From NCBI GenBank assembly GCA_045112395.1, contig JBGUHW010000218.1:1-61627 (forward strand): a stretch of DNA of 61,627 nt, read 5' to 3'. The position numbers and the translations under genes were made by a program. Below the pieces are notes generated by a model, which searched no databases, was not told the origin of the DNA, and worked only from the letters and a program-made list of their open reading frames with translations. This document shows positions 21,160 to 30,407 of this stretch, piece by piece. This DNA is from Bacteroidales bacterium (GTDB lineage: Bacteria > Bacteroidota > Bacteroidia > Bacteroidales > ML635J-15). Numbering within the stretch: the first letter of the stretch is position 1; each line of letters opens with the position of its first letter.

Positions 21160-21732
21160 CTAGCCCTTTATCTCATATTCCACCGCATCTATATGATAGA
21201 ACGACAAATACGCCTTGCCTTCCTTTGCTTTGCGTTCGGCAATCTTTGTGCGGAAGTCGGCAATGCGAGCTTCGGGAGTATTGGCAGTTTCCTGTCGCGA
21301 CTGCTTTTCAGCTCCACAGCCCTCGGCACCTTCGCCATGCTGCTCCATTCCTGCGAGTTCCTTTTCCCATTCGTTCAGGTAGTCCTCGTCAATGCGCTCC
21401 TCCCTGACAATGCCCTTTACATAAACAATATGCTCAAGACATTCCTGCTTGAAAGGCTCGCCAAGTTCCACACTTTCAACACGCAAAATCTGTGTATCAT
21501 CGCTGCCCATAAGGAACATTTTGCGTCCGCTGTGACGGCACAAATGCATACATACGCCCTCGATCTCCACAGTATCGCCGACCATTGCATCAAGTTTTGC
21601 AAGCGCATCGTCAACCTGCATTACCTTTGCTTCGGGAGCTTCTTGTTCAACCTCGGCATTTTTCTTTCCATTGCAGGAAAAAAGAGCAAATGCTACTATT
21701 ATTACCGCTAAAAATCCGAAAAATCTCTTCAT
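21160..21732 (-). CDS. Conserved hypothetical lipoprotein with CxHxCxH motif (OB-fold-like)
   Basis: Lipobox LFSC; VEIEGVCMHLCRHSG. Confidence 0.75.
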   Translation of the reverse strand: MKRFFGFLAVIIVAFALFSCNGKKNAEVEQEAPEAKVMQVDDALAKLDAMVGDTVEIEGVCMHLCRHSGRKMFLMGSDDTQILRVESVELGEPFKQECLEHIVYVKGIVREERIDEDYLNEWEKELAGMEQHGEGAEGCGAEKQSRQETANTPEARIADFRTKIAERKAKEGKAYLSFYHIDAVEYEIKG

Positions 21733-21755
21733 ATTAATAAATATTTACGTTCAAC

Positions 21756-21808
21756 AAAAAAAGCGTCGGGGCACGAAACATAAGAATATGAACAACATCT
21801 GCCCCGAC
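21756..21808 (-). terminator. Large-loop hairpin with U-tail
   Basis: GTCGGGGCA (21765-21773) / TGCCCCGAC (21800-21808), then a T-run on the minus strand. Confidence 0.55.
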
Positions 21809-21830
21809 ATAGGAAATTTAACAAAAAATC

Positions 21831-24146
21831 TTAACGAACGAGTATCTTTTCTGTATCATTATCACCAACTTTCACGATGTACATTCCTTGCGGCAAATTG
21901 TGTCTTTCTACATCGCTTACAACGGCAAACGACTCCACAACCTGACCTAACATATTATATACCATTACATTCAAGCCTTCTGCACCAGAAATCACCAATT
22001 CGTTATCGTATGAATAGATTTCGATGTTCCTTGCTTCGTCTGACAAAATGGAAGTAACAAGTTTGAATGAAACATCAACTGTAGCATCAGCCGTAACGGT
22101 AAGCGTATAGGTGTTGTTTTCAACTGTAACTGCTTCGCCGTCAACCTTGAATTCATCAAGCTCGTAGCCTTCCGCTGGAGAAATTGTGAAAACAACTTCT
22201 GTGTCGGCAAGCAAGTCTGTCAAAGATTCTGGTTCGGTAGTAACAGTGCCGTTTTCACCGACATTCAAGGTAATGGTGTAGGTTTCAGGTTCTACAGGTA
22301 TCAACTTGAAAGTTACATCGACAGTAGCATCAGCCGTAACGGTAAGCGTATATGTATTGTTTTCAACTGTAACTGCTTCGCCGTCAACCTTGAATTCGTC
22401 AAGTTCGTAGCCTTCCGTTGGAGAAATTGTGAAAACGACTTCCGTGTCGGCAAGCAAGTCGGTCAAAGATTCTGGTTCGGTAGTAACCGTGCCGTTTTCA
22501 CCAACATTAAGCGTAATAGTGTAGGTTTGCGGTGCTGGAGCAGTAAATTCATATCCCGGGAAAGTGTATTTTGCAACAACGCCCTGCCACGAATATGTTG
22601 AGGTGTAAGAAGTTGCGGTTTCGGCAAAAGCAAAATCCAATGCCTTGGTTGCCTGCACGCGAGTTGCAATCAAGAGAGAATCGCCTTTTACTGCGCACGA
22701 ATTTGCAGTTATCGAACCTGTTGATTCGCCCAGAATGTACGATGCAGAAGTTTCAAGATTGTGGTTGAACGAATCGAAGTAGAGCGATTTTGGCGAAGTT
22801 GCCCAGTTGTAGCCGTAAACGAAAACGCTGTCAGCATTCACGGCAAGTCCGAAACTATTTGAAATTCCGCTTGTCTGCTTTACAAAGCCCTTGTCGGCAA
22901 CACCTGTAGTGGCATTGCAGCGGAAAACGAAGCCTGCGTACATAGCTGCCTGTGCCGAAAGTTCATCATCGCCAACATTGAAACCTCCCTGAACGCCACC
23001 AGCGACAAAGAAACTTGAATTGTCGGGAGCGATTTCAAGTGCATTTATCTGCATAAAGTTCTTGTTATTAACCAAAGCACCCTGCACCAGCGACAAATAA
23101 TCAACCGACAAGTCGGAAGCATTTACCCTTGCAGTCCAGAAACTGTACTTGTCGTCGGGTGTAATCTGCGAATTACCAAGCGAAACAACAGCATTTGCAC
23201 CTTTCAGATAACCAACGACATACAATTTTCCGTCCCTGTACTTCATCATCTTGGCAGTTTCACCAACCGACGAGCCGCCAGTAACAATATGACTATTATA
23301 GGTAAGGTCGCTGTTGAGTTTCAGCACAAATGCTGAGCCTGCAAACGCAGAACCACCGTCCCAGTCGGCAACATTGTGTGCCAAAATCTCATTCTCGCCA
23401 ATGTGCATCGTGCGTCTAAGGTTGCCCGTAACGAAGAAATTTCCGTTGGCATCCTGTGCTGCTCCGTAAAGTGAAAATCCATCCGATGTTCCCCAAGCGC
23501 TGCTTGTTGTCGGATTGTCAACTGGATTCCAATCGACTGTTGCACGGACTGCACTGCTAATGTTTCCATCGGCATCTACCTTTACAAAAACTGGCTGATA
23601 CACATTGTGATAGTCGGCATCGGGGAACGAAAACGAAATTGTTGTCTCGGTACCATTGTTGCCCACTAGCTGCAACAAAATGTCTGTTCCGTAGAAATTG
23701 GCGCTTGTGTGACGGGCTTTCAATGCCAGAAATGCACCGCCGTCGGCAGTTGGCGTGTAGTCGCTCGATGCCACATCAACATCACCGTTCTTCGAATAAA
23801 CCTTCCACAAGGCATTTCCGCTGAAATCGTGCTTTACCAACATAATGTTATTGTTGTAGCTCGTTCCGGAGTATGGAGCGCCCGTCATATCCTCACCCAG
23901 CAAATGTCCCTGCGTAGCAGCCACATCGCCAGTTGTGTCGGCATCGGAGCCCATACTTGCCAAAGTATATACATACCCAGCATCGTCCACCTTAGTGCCA
24001 TAAATGGTGGTCTGGGCCTTGTTCTGCGCGTTTGCCTCGGCAATAGCAGCCGAATACCAGTCAAAACTTATTTCCTGCGTCTGCGCACCAACGGCAAACG
24101 ACAAGCCAATAAAAAACAAAAACAATGATAAAACTTTACAATTCAT
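21831..24146 (-). CDS. T9SS-secreted surface protein: beta-rich N domain, two tandem B-repeat-like domains, type A CTD
   Basis: Signal peptide; two near-identical repeats (81-aa period); C-terminal VYNMLGQ...LPQGMYIVKV...KILVR. Confidence 0.85.
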   Translation of the reverse strand: MNCKVLSLFLFFIGLSFAVGAQTQEISFDWYSAAIAEANAQNKAQTTIYGTKVDDAGYVYTLASMGSDADTTGDVAATQGHLLGEDMTGAPYSGTSYNNNIMLVKHDFSGNALWKVYSKNGDVDVASSDYTPTADGGAFLALKARHTSANFYGTDILLQLVGNNGTETTISFSFPDADYHNVYQPVFVKVDADGNISSAVRATVDWNPVDNPTTSSAWGTSDGFSLYGAAQDANGNFFVTGNLRRTMHIGENEILAHNVADWDGGSAFAGSAFVLKLNSDLTYNSHIVTGGSSVGETAKMMKYRDGKLYVVGYLKGANAVVSLGNSQITPDDKYSFWTARVNASDLSVDYLSLVQGALVNNKNFMQINALEIAPDNSSFFVAGGVQGGFNVGDDELSAQAAMYAGFVFRCNATTGVADKGFVKQTSGISNSFGLAVNADSVFVYGYNWATSPKSLYFDSFNHNLETSASYILGESTGSITANSCAVKGDSLLIATRVQATKALDFAFAETATSYTSTYSWQGVVAKYTFPGYEFTAPAPQTYTITLNVGENGTVTTEPESLTDLLADTEVVFTISPTEGYELDEFKVDGEAVTVENNTYTLTVTADATVDVTFKLIPVEPETYTITLNVGENGTVTTEPESLTDLLADTEVVFTISPAEGYELDEFKVDGEAVTVENNTYTLTVTADATVDVSFKLVTSILSDEARNIEIYSYDNELVISGAEGLNVMVYNMLGQVVESFAVVSDVERHNLPQGMYIVKVGDNDTEKILVR

Positions 24147-24238
24147 ATTCTTAACTTTTTAATTATTAATCAAATCCATAAAATTTTCTCCGTTTTGAAA
24201 CGACAATGCAAATCTACCGTGACGCCACATACGCTCCT

Positions 24239-24285
24239 ATCCCCATTTGTCGTAGTTTTTGCCACCCCAAATCCCTATTTGTTGT
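24239..24285. promoter_or_regulatory. Direct-repeat pair in divergent promoter region (putative regulator sites)
   Basis: ATCCCCATTTGTCGT and ATCCCTATTTGTTGT, 32-bp period, between opposing -7 boxes (TAGATTTG on minus ~24209-24216, TACCTTTG 24312-24319). Confidence 0.5.
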
Positions 24286-24325
24286 GATTGACTGACAGCA
24301 TCGCGGCATTGTACCTTTGCAAACG

Positions 24326-27097
24326 ATGAAAATTATTTTTATCATTTTGTGCTTTTGTGTGTTGCCTGCGAGTGTACTTGCGGGCAACACCTTGACAATA
24401 AAGCTACTGGACAAGGCAAACAATTCACCAGTAGCTGATGCATACATATATGCTTCGGACAGCAACGGCAAATCGACTGGCGCGGTAAGCGACGACAACG
24501 GCACGGCAAAACTGATACTCGGCAACGGTGAATACACAATATACATTTCGCACATACAATACGAAACGCAGCAAACAAGCATAAAGCTTGAAAAAGACCT
24601 CTCCTTGACATTCTACCTACAAAAAAAGAACTATCAGCTCGGCGAAGTCGTTGTAACGGCCTCCGAATCGAAGAAAATCGGTTCGGTATCGACCATCGGG
24701 CGCGACGCAATGAGCCACTTGCAACCAACAAGCATCGGCGACCTTATGGAACTTCTGCCAGGTGGTGTTTCGCAGACGCCATCGCTCACCCAGGGCAACT
24801 CCATATCGCTGCGTGAAACTGGTTCGCTCGGCTCCAGCGGACAGAAAACGAACAGTTCACAATACTCTACCAATTCGCTCGGCACTTTGTTCGTAGTCGA
24901 TGGCGCACCAATAAACACCGATGCAAATATGCAGTATATGCAGAACGGTGGCTTCGACGGTATGGATATGACCAACCGCGGTGTCGATATGCGAACCATC
25001 AGCACCGACGACATCGAAAGCATAGAAGTTATGCGCGGAATACCATCGGTAGAATACGGCAACCTGACAAGCGGAGTGGTGAACATCAAGAAAATACGAA
25101 AACCGACAAAACTAAACGCCCGCTTCAAGGCCGACGACAAGAGCCAGCTTCTGTCGCTGGGAAAAGGTTTTGCTCTCGATTCAAGCAAATCGCACATCCT
25201 GAACATTGACGGTGGTCTGCTGAACGCCTACGCCGACATTCGCAATCCGCTCGAAGAATACAAGCGGGCAAACCTCTCGGCACGACTGACAAGCACTCTA
25301 AATAAAGAAAAGGTAACGTTGAAAATTACACCATCGGCGGAATATACAGGTTCATTCGACAACTACAAAACCGACGAAAACCTCAGCTATTCGGGCATAA
25401 ACACCTTCAAATCGACCTACCACAAACTAGCCGTAGGAAATGGAATCAGCATTTTGCCCAATGCGAATGGCCATTACCAGAAAACTATCGTCAATATGCA
25501 GTTAACTCAGGAGTTCGACAACCTTGAACGCCGAGTGCTTGTGGCACCGTCGCGGGCAGGCATAGCGCCAAGCAGCAACGACCCCGACGAATACGACGCA
25601 TATCTGCTTTTCAGCGAATATGTTGCCAACTACAAGGTCGATGGCAAGCCGTTCACCGCGTTTGCAAAAACAACCACCGACTTTGAGTTCAACAGCCAGC
25701 ACATAGTGAACGCTCTGAAATTCGGTGCGGAATGGAATATGTCGAAGAATTTCGGCAAAGGGCAGATATACGACCTTTCGCATCCGCTATCGACCAAGGG
25801 CTGGGGCAGCCGTCCGCGCCAATACAACGAAATTCCCGCTTCGCACACACTGTCGCTTTATGTTCAGGACTACATAACCGCCAGAATCGGCAAACATCTT
25901 CTCGAAGCACGGATAGGTGCGCGTTCAACCTCAATTCTCGGATTGTCAAAGGAATACGCAATGCATGGAAAATTCTACCTTGACCCTCGCATAAATCTGC
26001 AATGGACACTGCCTCACTTCGGCGAAAAGCAATGGAGCATATCGTTTTCGGGCGGAATCGGACACACAACCAAAATGCCTACAATGAACTATCTTTACCC
26101 CGATGCCAACTACATAGACATCATACAGTTAGCTTACTACAACCAGAGCAACCCTGCGGAGTTCAGCCGATACAACATATTGAGCTACAAGGAAGATGCT
26201 ACCAACTTTGCGCTTCAACCGGCACGAAACCTAAAAGGCGAGTTCCGCGTTGACTTCGAGATTGAAGGCTATCGGCTTTGGGTGTGCGTTTTCGACGAGA
26301 AAATGTCGTCGGGATTCCGCTATTCAAGCACCTACACGGCATTCGACTACAAGGACTACGACGAAACCACCATAGATGCCAACCTTGCTGCCCGTCCCGA
26401 ACTTGCCGACATCACTTATGAAGCACGAAGGATACTTGGCGGGTACAGTTTTGTCGAAAATGGTAGCCGACAAGACAAGATTGGTATTGAATGGGAATTT
26501 TCATCGGCAAGAATAAAACCGCTATGCACGGCCATAAAGTTCAGCGGAGCGTGGTTCCGTAGCATTTATGTCAACAGTCGTCCGATGTTCTACCCCGTCA
26601 GCAGTGTGGTGGATAATGTGGTGATTTCCAACAATTACATCGGTCTTTACGACTGGAACGACGGACGCATAAACGAGCAATTAAGCACCAATTTGTTCCT
26701 TGATACGCAAATCCCGAAACTGAAACTTATTTTCTCGACATCGGTGCAGGCAATGTGGTTCGTCTCGACAAAGCGTATGGAACAGAACTGCATTCCAGTG
26801 CAATATCTTTCGGTAACCGACGGTCAGTTGCACGACTACACCGACGAAGCCGTTGCCGAAAATCCACTGTTGCGCCACCTCGTCTATAACCTCAGCGAAT
26901 CGGCCTACGAGAAATACACAATTCCACCTGCGATATACATAAACCTGAAAGTCACGAAGAACATTGGCAAATGGCTTAGCATGTCGCTTTTTGTAAACAA
27001 ACTGCTCGACTATACCTCCGACTTCAGACGCAACGATGTGCTTATCAGGCGCAATGCAACGCCTTATTTCGGAATGGAAATAAATATGAAAATTTAA
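24326..27097 (+). CDS. TonB-dependent receptor
   Basis: CarboxypepD-like N domain, LGEVVVTA, plug GVDMRTISTDDIESIEVMRGIPSVEYG, C-terminal YFGMEINMKI; start moved to ATG 24326. Confidence 0.93.
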   Translation: MKIIFIILCFCVLPASVLAGNTLTIKLLDKANNSPVADAYIYASDSNGKSTGAVSDDNGTAKLILGNGEYTIYISHIQYETQQTSIKLEKDLSLTFYLQKKNYQLGEVVVTASESKKIGSVSTIGRDAMSHLQPTSIGDLMELLPGGVSQTPSLTQGNSISLRETGSLGSSGQKTNSSQYSTNSLGTLFVVDGAPINTDANMQYMQNGGFDGMDMTNRGVDMRTISTDDIESIEVMRGIPSVEYGNLTSGVVNIKKIRKPTKLNARFKADDKSQLLSLGKGFALDSSKSHILNIDGGLLNAYADIRNPLEEYKRANLSARLTSTLNKEKVTLKITPSAEYTGSFDNYKTDENLSYSGINTFKSTYHKLAVGNGISILPNANGHYQKTIVNMQLTQEFDNLERRVLVAPSRAGIAPSSNDPDEYDAYLLFSEYVANYKVDGKPFTAFAKTTTDFEFNSQHIVNALKFGAEWNMSKNFGKGQIYDLSHPLSTKGWGSRPRQYNEIPASHTLSLYVQDYITARIGKHLLEARIGARSTSILGLSKEYAMHGKFYLDPRINLQWTLPHFGEKQWSISFSGGIGHTTKMPTMNYLYPDANYIDIIQLAYYNQSNPAEFSRYNILSYKEDATNFALQPARNLKGEFRVDFEIEGYRLWVCVFDEKMSSGFRYSSTYTAFDYKDYDETTIDANLAARPELADITYEARRILGGYSFVENGSRQDKIGIEWEFSSARIKPLCTAIKFSGAWFRSIYVNSRPMFYPVSSVVDNVVISNNYIGLYDWNDGRINEQLSTNLFLDTQIPKLKLIFSTSVQAMWFVSTKRMEQNCIPVQYLSVTDGQLHDYTDEAVAENPLLRHLVYNLSESAYEKYTIPPAIYINLKVTKNIGKWLSMSLFVNKLLDYTSDFRRNDVLIRRNATPYFGMEINMKI

Positions 27098-27148
27098 AAT
27101 TCGTAAAATATGAAAACAGAAAATTATCAATTCCCTATAAAAGAGACG

Positions 27149-27339
27149 GTCATTCCGCAAGTCAGAACATACACGCGATACGGAACGGAGAGCGTTGTAA
27201 TGTTCGATTGTGCGGTACGCTACAGCCTCGTGAAGCGAAGCGAACAATCTCCTACTGAACCAATATTAGAAGGAGATTCCGTACAGACAGGTTCACAAGG
27301 CTCGTTCCTGCGCCTGTTCGCTTTGTCTTACGGAATGAC
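27149..27339. repeat. REPIN/MITE-like nested inverted-repeat element
   Basis: Ends GTCATTCCG...CGGAATGAC; inner pairs AGCCTCGTGAA/TTCACAAGGCT and AATCTCCT/AGGAGATT. Confidence 0.7.
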
Positions 27340-27409
27340 TGCGTGGGGGTAACAAAAATGTGATAATCTCAATTTTATGTCATAATTAGCCAATTTTAAA
27401 ATTACAGAT

Positions 27410-28693
27410 ATGAAGAAACAGATATTATTTTTAATGATTTTTGCGACAATCCTCGCATTCACATCCTGCAAGAAGGACAATGTAAACTTTGTTTTCCCGA
27501 CAAGCAACATAAGGATTATCCTTCCCGAAAATGCCAACATAACCGCACGGAACAACCAGACCGTAAAGTTCACCAACCGCACCACAGGCGAAGTGAAAAC
27601 CGTAAGTTACGGCAACGAAGTGGAACTTACCAAAGGTCTGTACGACTGCGACTATACCGCCGAAGTGGAATACATTGTCGATGGTGTAACCTGCAACGCG
27701 ATGCTGAGCGGCAGTGTAAGTTCGGTAAATATTATCGACGAAACAGGCTTTCCAATCACCACCTACCTTATGGTTTCGTGCAACGACTTCATAATCGAAG
27801 AAATCTTTTTCACTGGCACACTGCGTTCGTCGGGCACAACCTACAACGGCGACAGCTATATAAAACTGTACAACAATACCGACAAGGTGCTGTATGCCGA
27901 TGGCGTTGCAATTCTGGAATCGGAATTCACCTCGACTACAAAATACGACTACTCGCCCGACATTCAAGCCACTACGATGACTGTCGAAGCCATTTATGTA
28001 ATCCCTGGCAGCGGAACCGAACATCCCGTGCAACCAGGCGAAAGTATCGTAATTTGTGATGTCGGCATCGACCACCGCGACGCAAATCCAAACTCGTTCG
28101 ACCTTAGTCACGCCGACTTCGAATGGTACGACGAATCATCGTCGCCATCGAATATGGACATCGACGGAGCCACCGTGCCAAACTTGGACAAGTGGTACTG
28201 CTACACGGCAAGCTACTGGATTTTGCACAACCGCGGTTTCAGATCGTACGCCATAGCAAGGATTCCAATCGCCAAGGATGCATACCTGCAAAGCTATTCG
28301 TACACCTACAACTACACGATGCATCTTGTTGCCGGCGACTTCGATATGCAACGCACCGCCTACCAGATTCCTAACGAATGGATTATCGACGGCGTGAATT
28401 GTAGCGTGGAAGCAGAACGCAAATGGAACATCCTGCCGCCAAACATCGATGCAGGCTGGACTCACTGCGGAACAATCGACCACGACCAGACACGCTTTTT
28501 CAAGAGCGTTCGCCGCAAAATGCTGTCGCTAACGTCCGACGGACGAAGAGTGCTGAAGGACACCAACAATTCCACCGACGACTTCAATACCGAATGCGTC
28601 CCTTCGCTCATCGAGCAGCAAGGAACTGCTACCGATGCCAACGGTACACCAGCAAATGGAGTAACATACGATGGGGTAACACCAATGAATTGA
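27410..28693 (+). CDS. DUF4876 family lipoprotein
   Basis: Lipobox FTSC; IEEIFFTG, YIKLYNNTD, DLSHADFEWY, LKDTNNSTDDF. Confidence 0.85.
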   Translation: MKKQILFLMIFATILAFTSCKKDNVNFVFPTSNIRIILPENANITARNNQTVKFTNRTTGEVKTVSYGNEVELTKGLYDCDYTAEVEYIVDGVTCNAMLSGSVSSVNIIDETGFPITTYLMVSCNDFIIEEIFFTGTLRSSGTTYNGDSYIKLYNNTDKVLYADGVAILESEFTSTTKYDYSPDIQATTMTVEAIYVIPGSGTEHPVQPGESIVICDVGIDHRDANPNSFDLSHADFEWYDESSSPSNMDIDGATVPNLDKWYCYTASYWILHNRGFRSYAIARIPIAKDAYLQSYSYTYNYTMHLVAGDFDMQRTAYQIPNEWIIDGVNCSVEAERKWNILPPNIDAGWTHCGTIDHDQTRFFKSVRRKMLSLTSDGRRVLKDTNNSTDDFNTECVPSLIEQQGTATDANGTPANGVTYDGVTPMN

Positions 28694-28810
28694 TTTACGA
28701 TTTTAGATTGACGATTTACGATTGAAACGGACGATGCGTGCATCGTCCCAAACATAGAAACACAGAAACATTCAAACATAGAAACGGCGAAGCCATAGAA
28801 ACCTAGAAAC
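28693..28810. repeat. TTTACGA arm + REP + GAAAC arm
   Basis: TTTACGA TTTTAGA TTGACGA TTTACGA; GGACGATGCGTGCATCGTCC; ATAGAAAC ACAGAAAC ATTCAAAC ATAGAAAC GGCGAAGCC. Confidence 0.85.
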
Positions 28811-28819
28811 AACCCACGC

Positions 28820-30313
28820 ATGCGCACATTTTTTACCAGCATATTAATTCTTCTATCTGCCATCGCCAATGCCACCAACGACACCATTCCCGTTGCTAAA
28901 AGAATAAACGACGGCACGGAAAAATACGGCAATTTCATATCGTATGTAAAACCATCCGTCAAGGTTTTGAAACGCAAATATTCACTGACAAGCGTTTCTG
29001 TCGGAGCATCATTAAGAAACGAAAGCCGAGCCGTAATTCCTCAGCTGGGCAAAGGAGAGATTTCTGGTAATTTCACTGCCAACACATTCATAACCTACAA
29101 GAAGGGCGCTACTTGGGGAAATGCCTTGTACACCAACGGCAAGATTGCCGATGTGCAGTTCAACGAGACAAGCGACTACGCTATGCTTTATCCATACACG
29201 CTCGGCGACTCGGTTGGCGGTGACCTGCGCTTCCAGAACTACCGTTTCGGCGGCGGTGTGAACACAGCGCTCGACAACAACTGGAAATTAGGTGTCGAAG
29301 CCCAGTACCGCGCCGACCTTGCCTATCGCCAGATAGACCCACGCCCCAAAAACCTGGTCACCGACATCGACGCAACTGTCGGAGCATCGCGCAGGATTGC
29401 TGGAAAATACCTTGTCGGACTTGACCTCAACGCAGGAAAGTACAAGCAAACCAACAGCCTAAGGTTTTTCAGTGAACTTGGTGTTCCGAATGTCGTGCAT
29501 TTCACAGGATTGGGCACTCACTACTACCGTTTCCAAGGAAGCAACTACAACACTTACTACAAGGGCTACCGCGTGGGCAGTTCGCTTGGCATTGTTCCCG
29601 ATGGAAGCGGATGGCATGGCAACATTGCCTACAACTACTTCGCGTTCATCAAGATAATATCTTCGCTCAACGAACTGCCGATGGCTCGGGCTGGCGAACA
29701 CCAGACGTCAGGCGAAATCGCATACTTGCACGAAGAATCTACCGCGTGGGGCATAAAACTCAATGCAGATTACAGCCGAAAATTGGGAACAGAAAACATT
29801 TTTGGTGATGCCGCCGACAATGTCTATCCGCAGATAATGAGCCTTGAGCAGTTCTCTGCCGAAAACCTGAATCTGCAACTTTCTGCATTATACGGACAAA
29901 CCGTAGAAATCCACGACTGGAACATTACCGCCCAAGCATGTTACTTGTCGCATAGCGAGAAATACAATTCACCGGCACAGCAACTGTCATTAGCCCACGT
30001 AGGCGGAAAAATCGGCGGACAATACGGCTACAAAGGCAAATCTCTACTCATTGGTCTTTATACTGACCTCGGTTTCTATGCCAGCGCCCGCCACGATCTG
30101 CTTCTTTACGGGAACACCATCTGGCAAAGCCCCATACGACAAACCTACGAAATTCTTTCGGGACATTCTTTGCAAAGCAACACAAGTTTCCGCATATCAT
30201 ACGCCTTCGGCAACGACATTGCAATATTCCTTGATTTAAGATACTCGTATTCGCATTTTTTCAGCGGTAGCGACATTCATCAGGGAAGGATATCGGTGGG
30301 GATGATGTTGTAG
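28820..30313 (+). CDS. DUF6850-like outer membrane beta-barrel protein
   Basis: Signal peptide; YPYTLGDSVGGD, YRQIDPRP; follows DUF4876. Confidence 0.75.
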   Translation: MRTFFTSILILLSAIANATNDTIPVAKRINDGTEKYGNFISYVKPSVKVLKRKYSLTSVSVGASLRNESRAVIPQLGKGEISGNFTANTFITYKKGATWGNALYTNGKIADVQFNETSDYAMLYPYTLGDSVGGDLRFQNYRFGGGVNTALDNNWKLGVEAQYRADLAYRQIDPRPKNLVTDIDATVGASRRIAGKYLVGLDLNAGKYKQTNSLRFFSELGVPNVVHFTGLGTHYYRFQGSNYNTYYKGYRVGSSLGIVPDGSGWHGNIAYNYFAFIKIISSLNELPMARAGEHQTSGEIAYLHEESTAWGIKLNADYSRKLGTENIFGDAADNVYPQIMSLEQFSAENLNLQLSALYGQTVEIHDWNITAQACYLSHSEKYNSPAQQLSLAHVGGKIGGQYGYKGKSLLIGLYTDLGFYASARHDLLLYGNTIWQSPIRQTYEILSGHSLQSNTSFRISYAFGNDIAIFLDLRYSYSHFFSGSDIHQGRISVGMML

Positions 30314-30316
30314 AAT

Positions 30317-30358
30317 GGGCTAAAAAGCTAAAAGGCGAAAAGGCTGGAAGGCTGGAAG
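30317..30358. repeat. AAAGGCTA-type octamer arm
   Basis: GGGCTAAA AAGCTAAA AGGCGAAA AGGCTGGA AGGCTGGA. Confidence 0.8.
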
Positions 30359-30395
30359 AAAAAAAGGACGGCATTGAACCATCCTTGATTGTTGT
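30359..30395 (-). repeat. 37-bp direct repeat, copy 1 (terminator-like)
   Basis: AAAAAAAGGACGGCATTGAACCATCCTTGATTGTTGT; 33/37 identical to 31901-31937. Confidence 0.85.
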
Positions 30396-30407
30396 ATTAT
30401 AAAAGTT

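Noticed and set aside
24147-24325. Cobalamin riboswitch or Fur box upstream of the TonB receptor
   Set aside because: No B12-box or Fur consensus recognised; the receptor leader is too short
27110-27352. 80-aa ORF in the TonB operon
   Set aside because: Almost entirely covered by the inverted-repeat element; translation cannot be fully excluded
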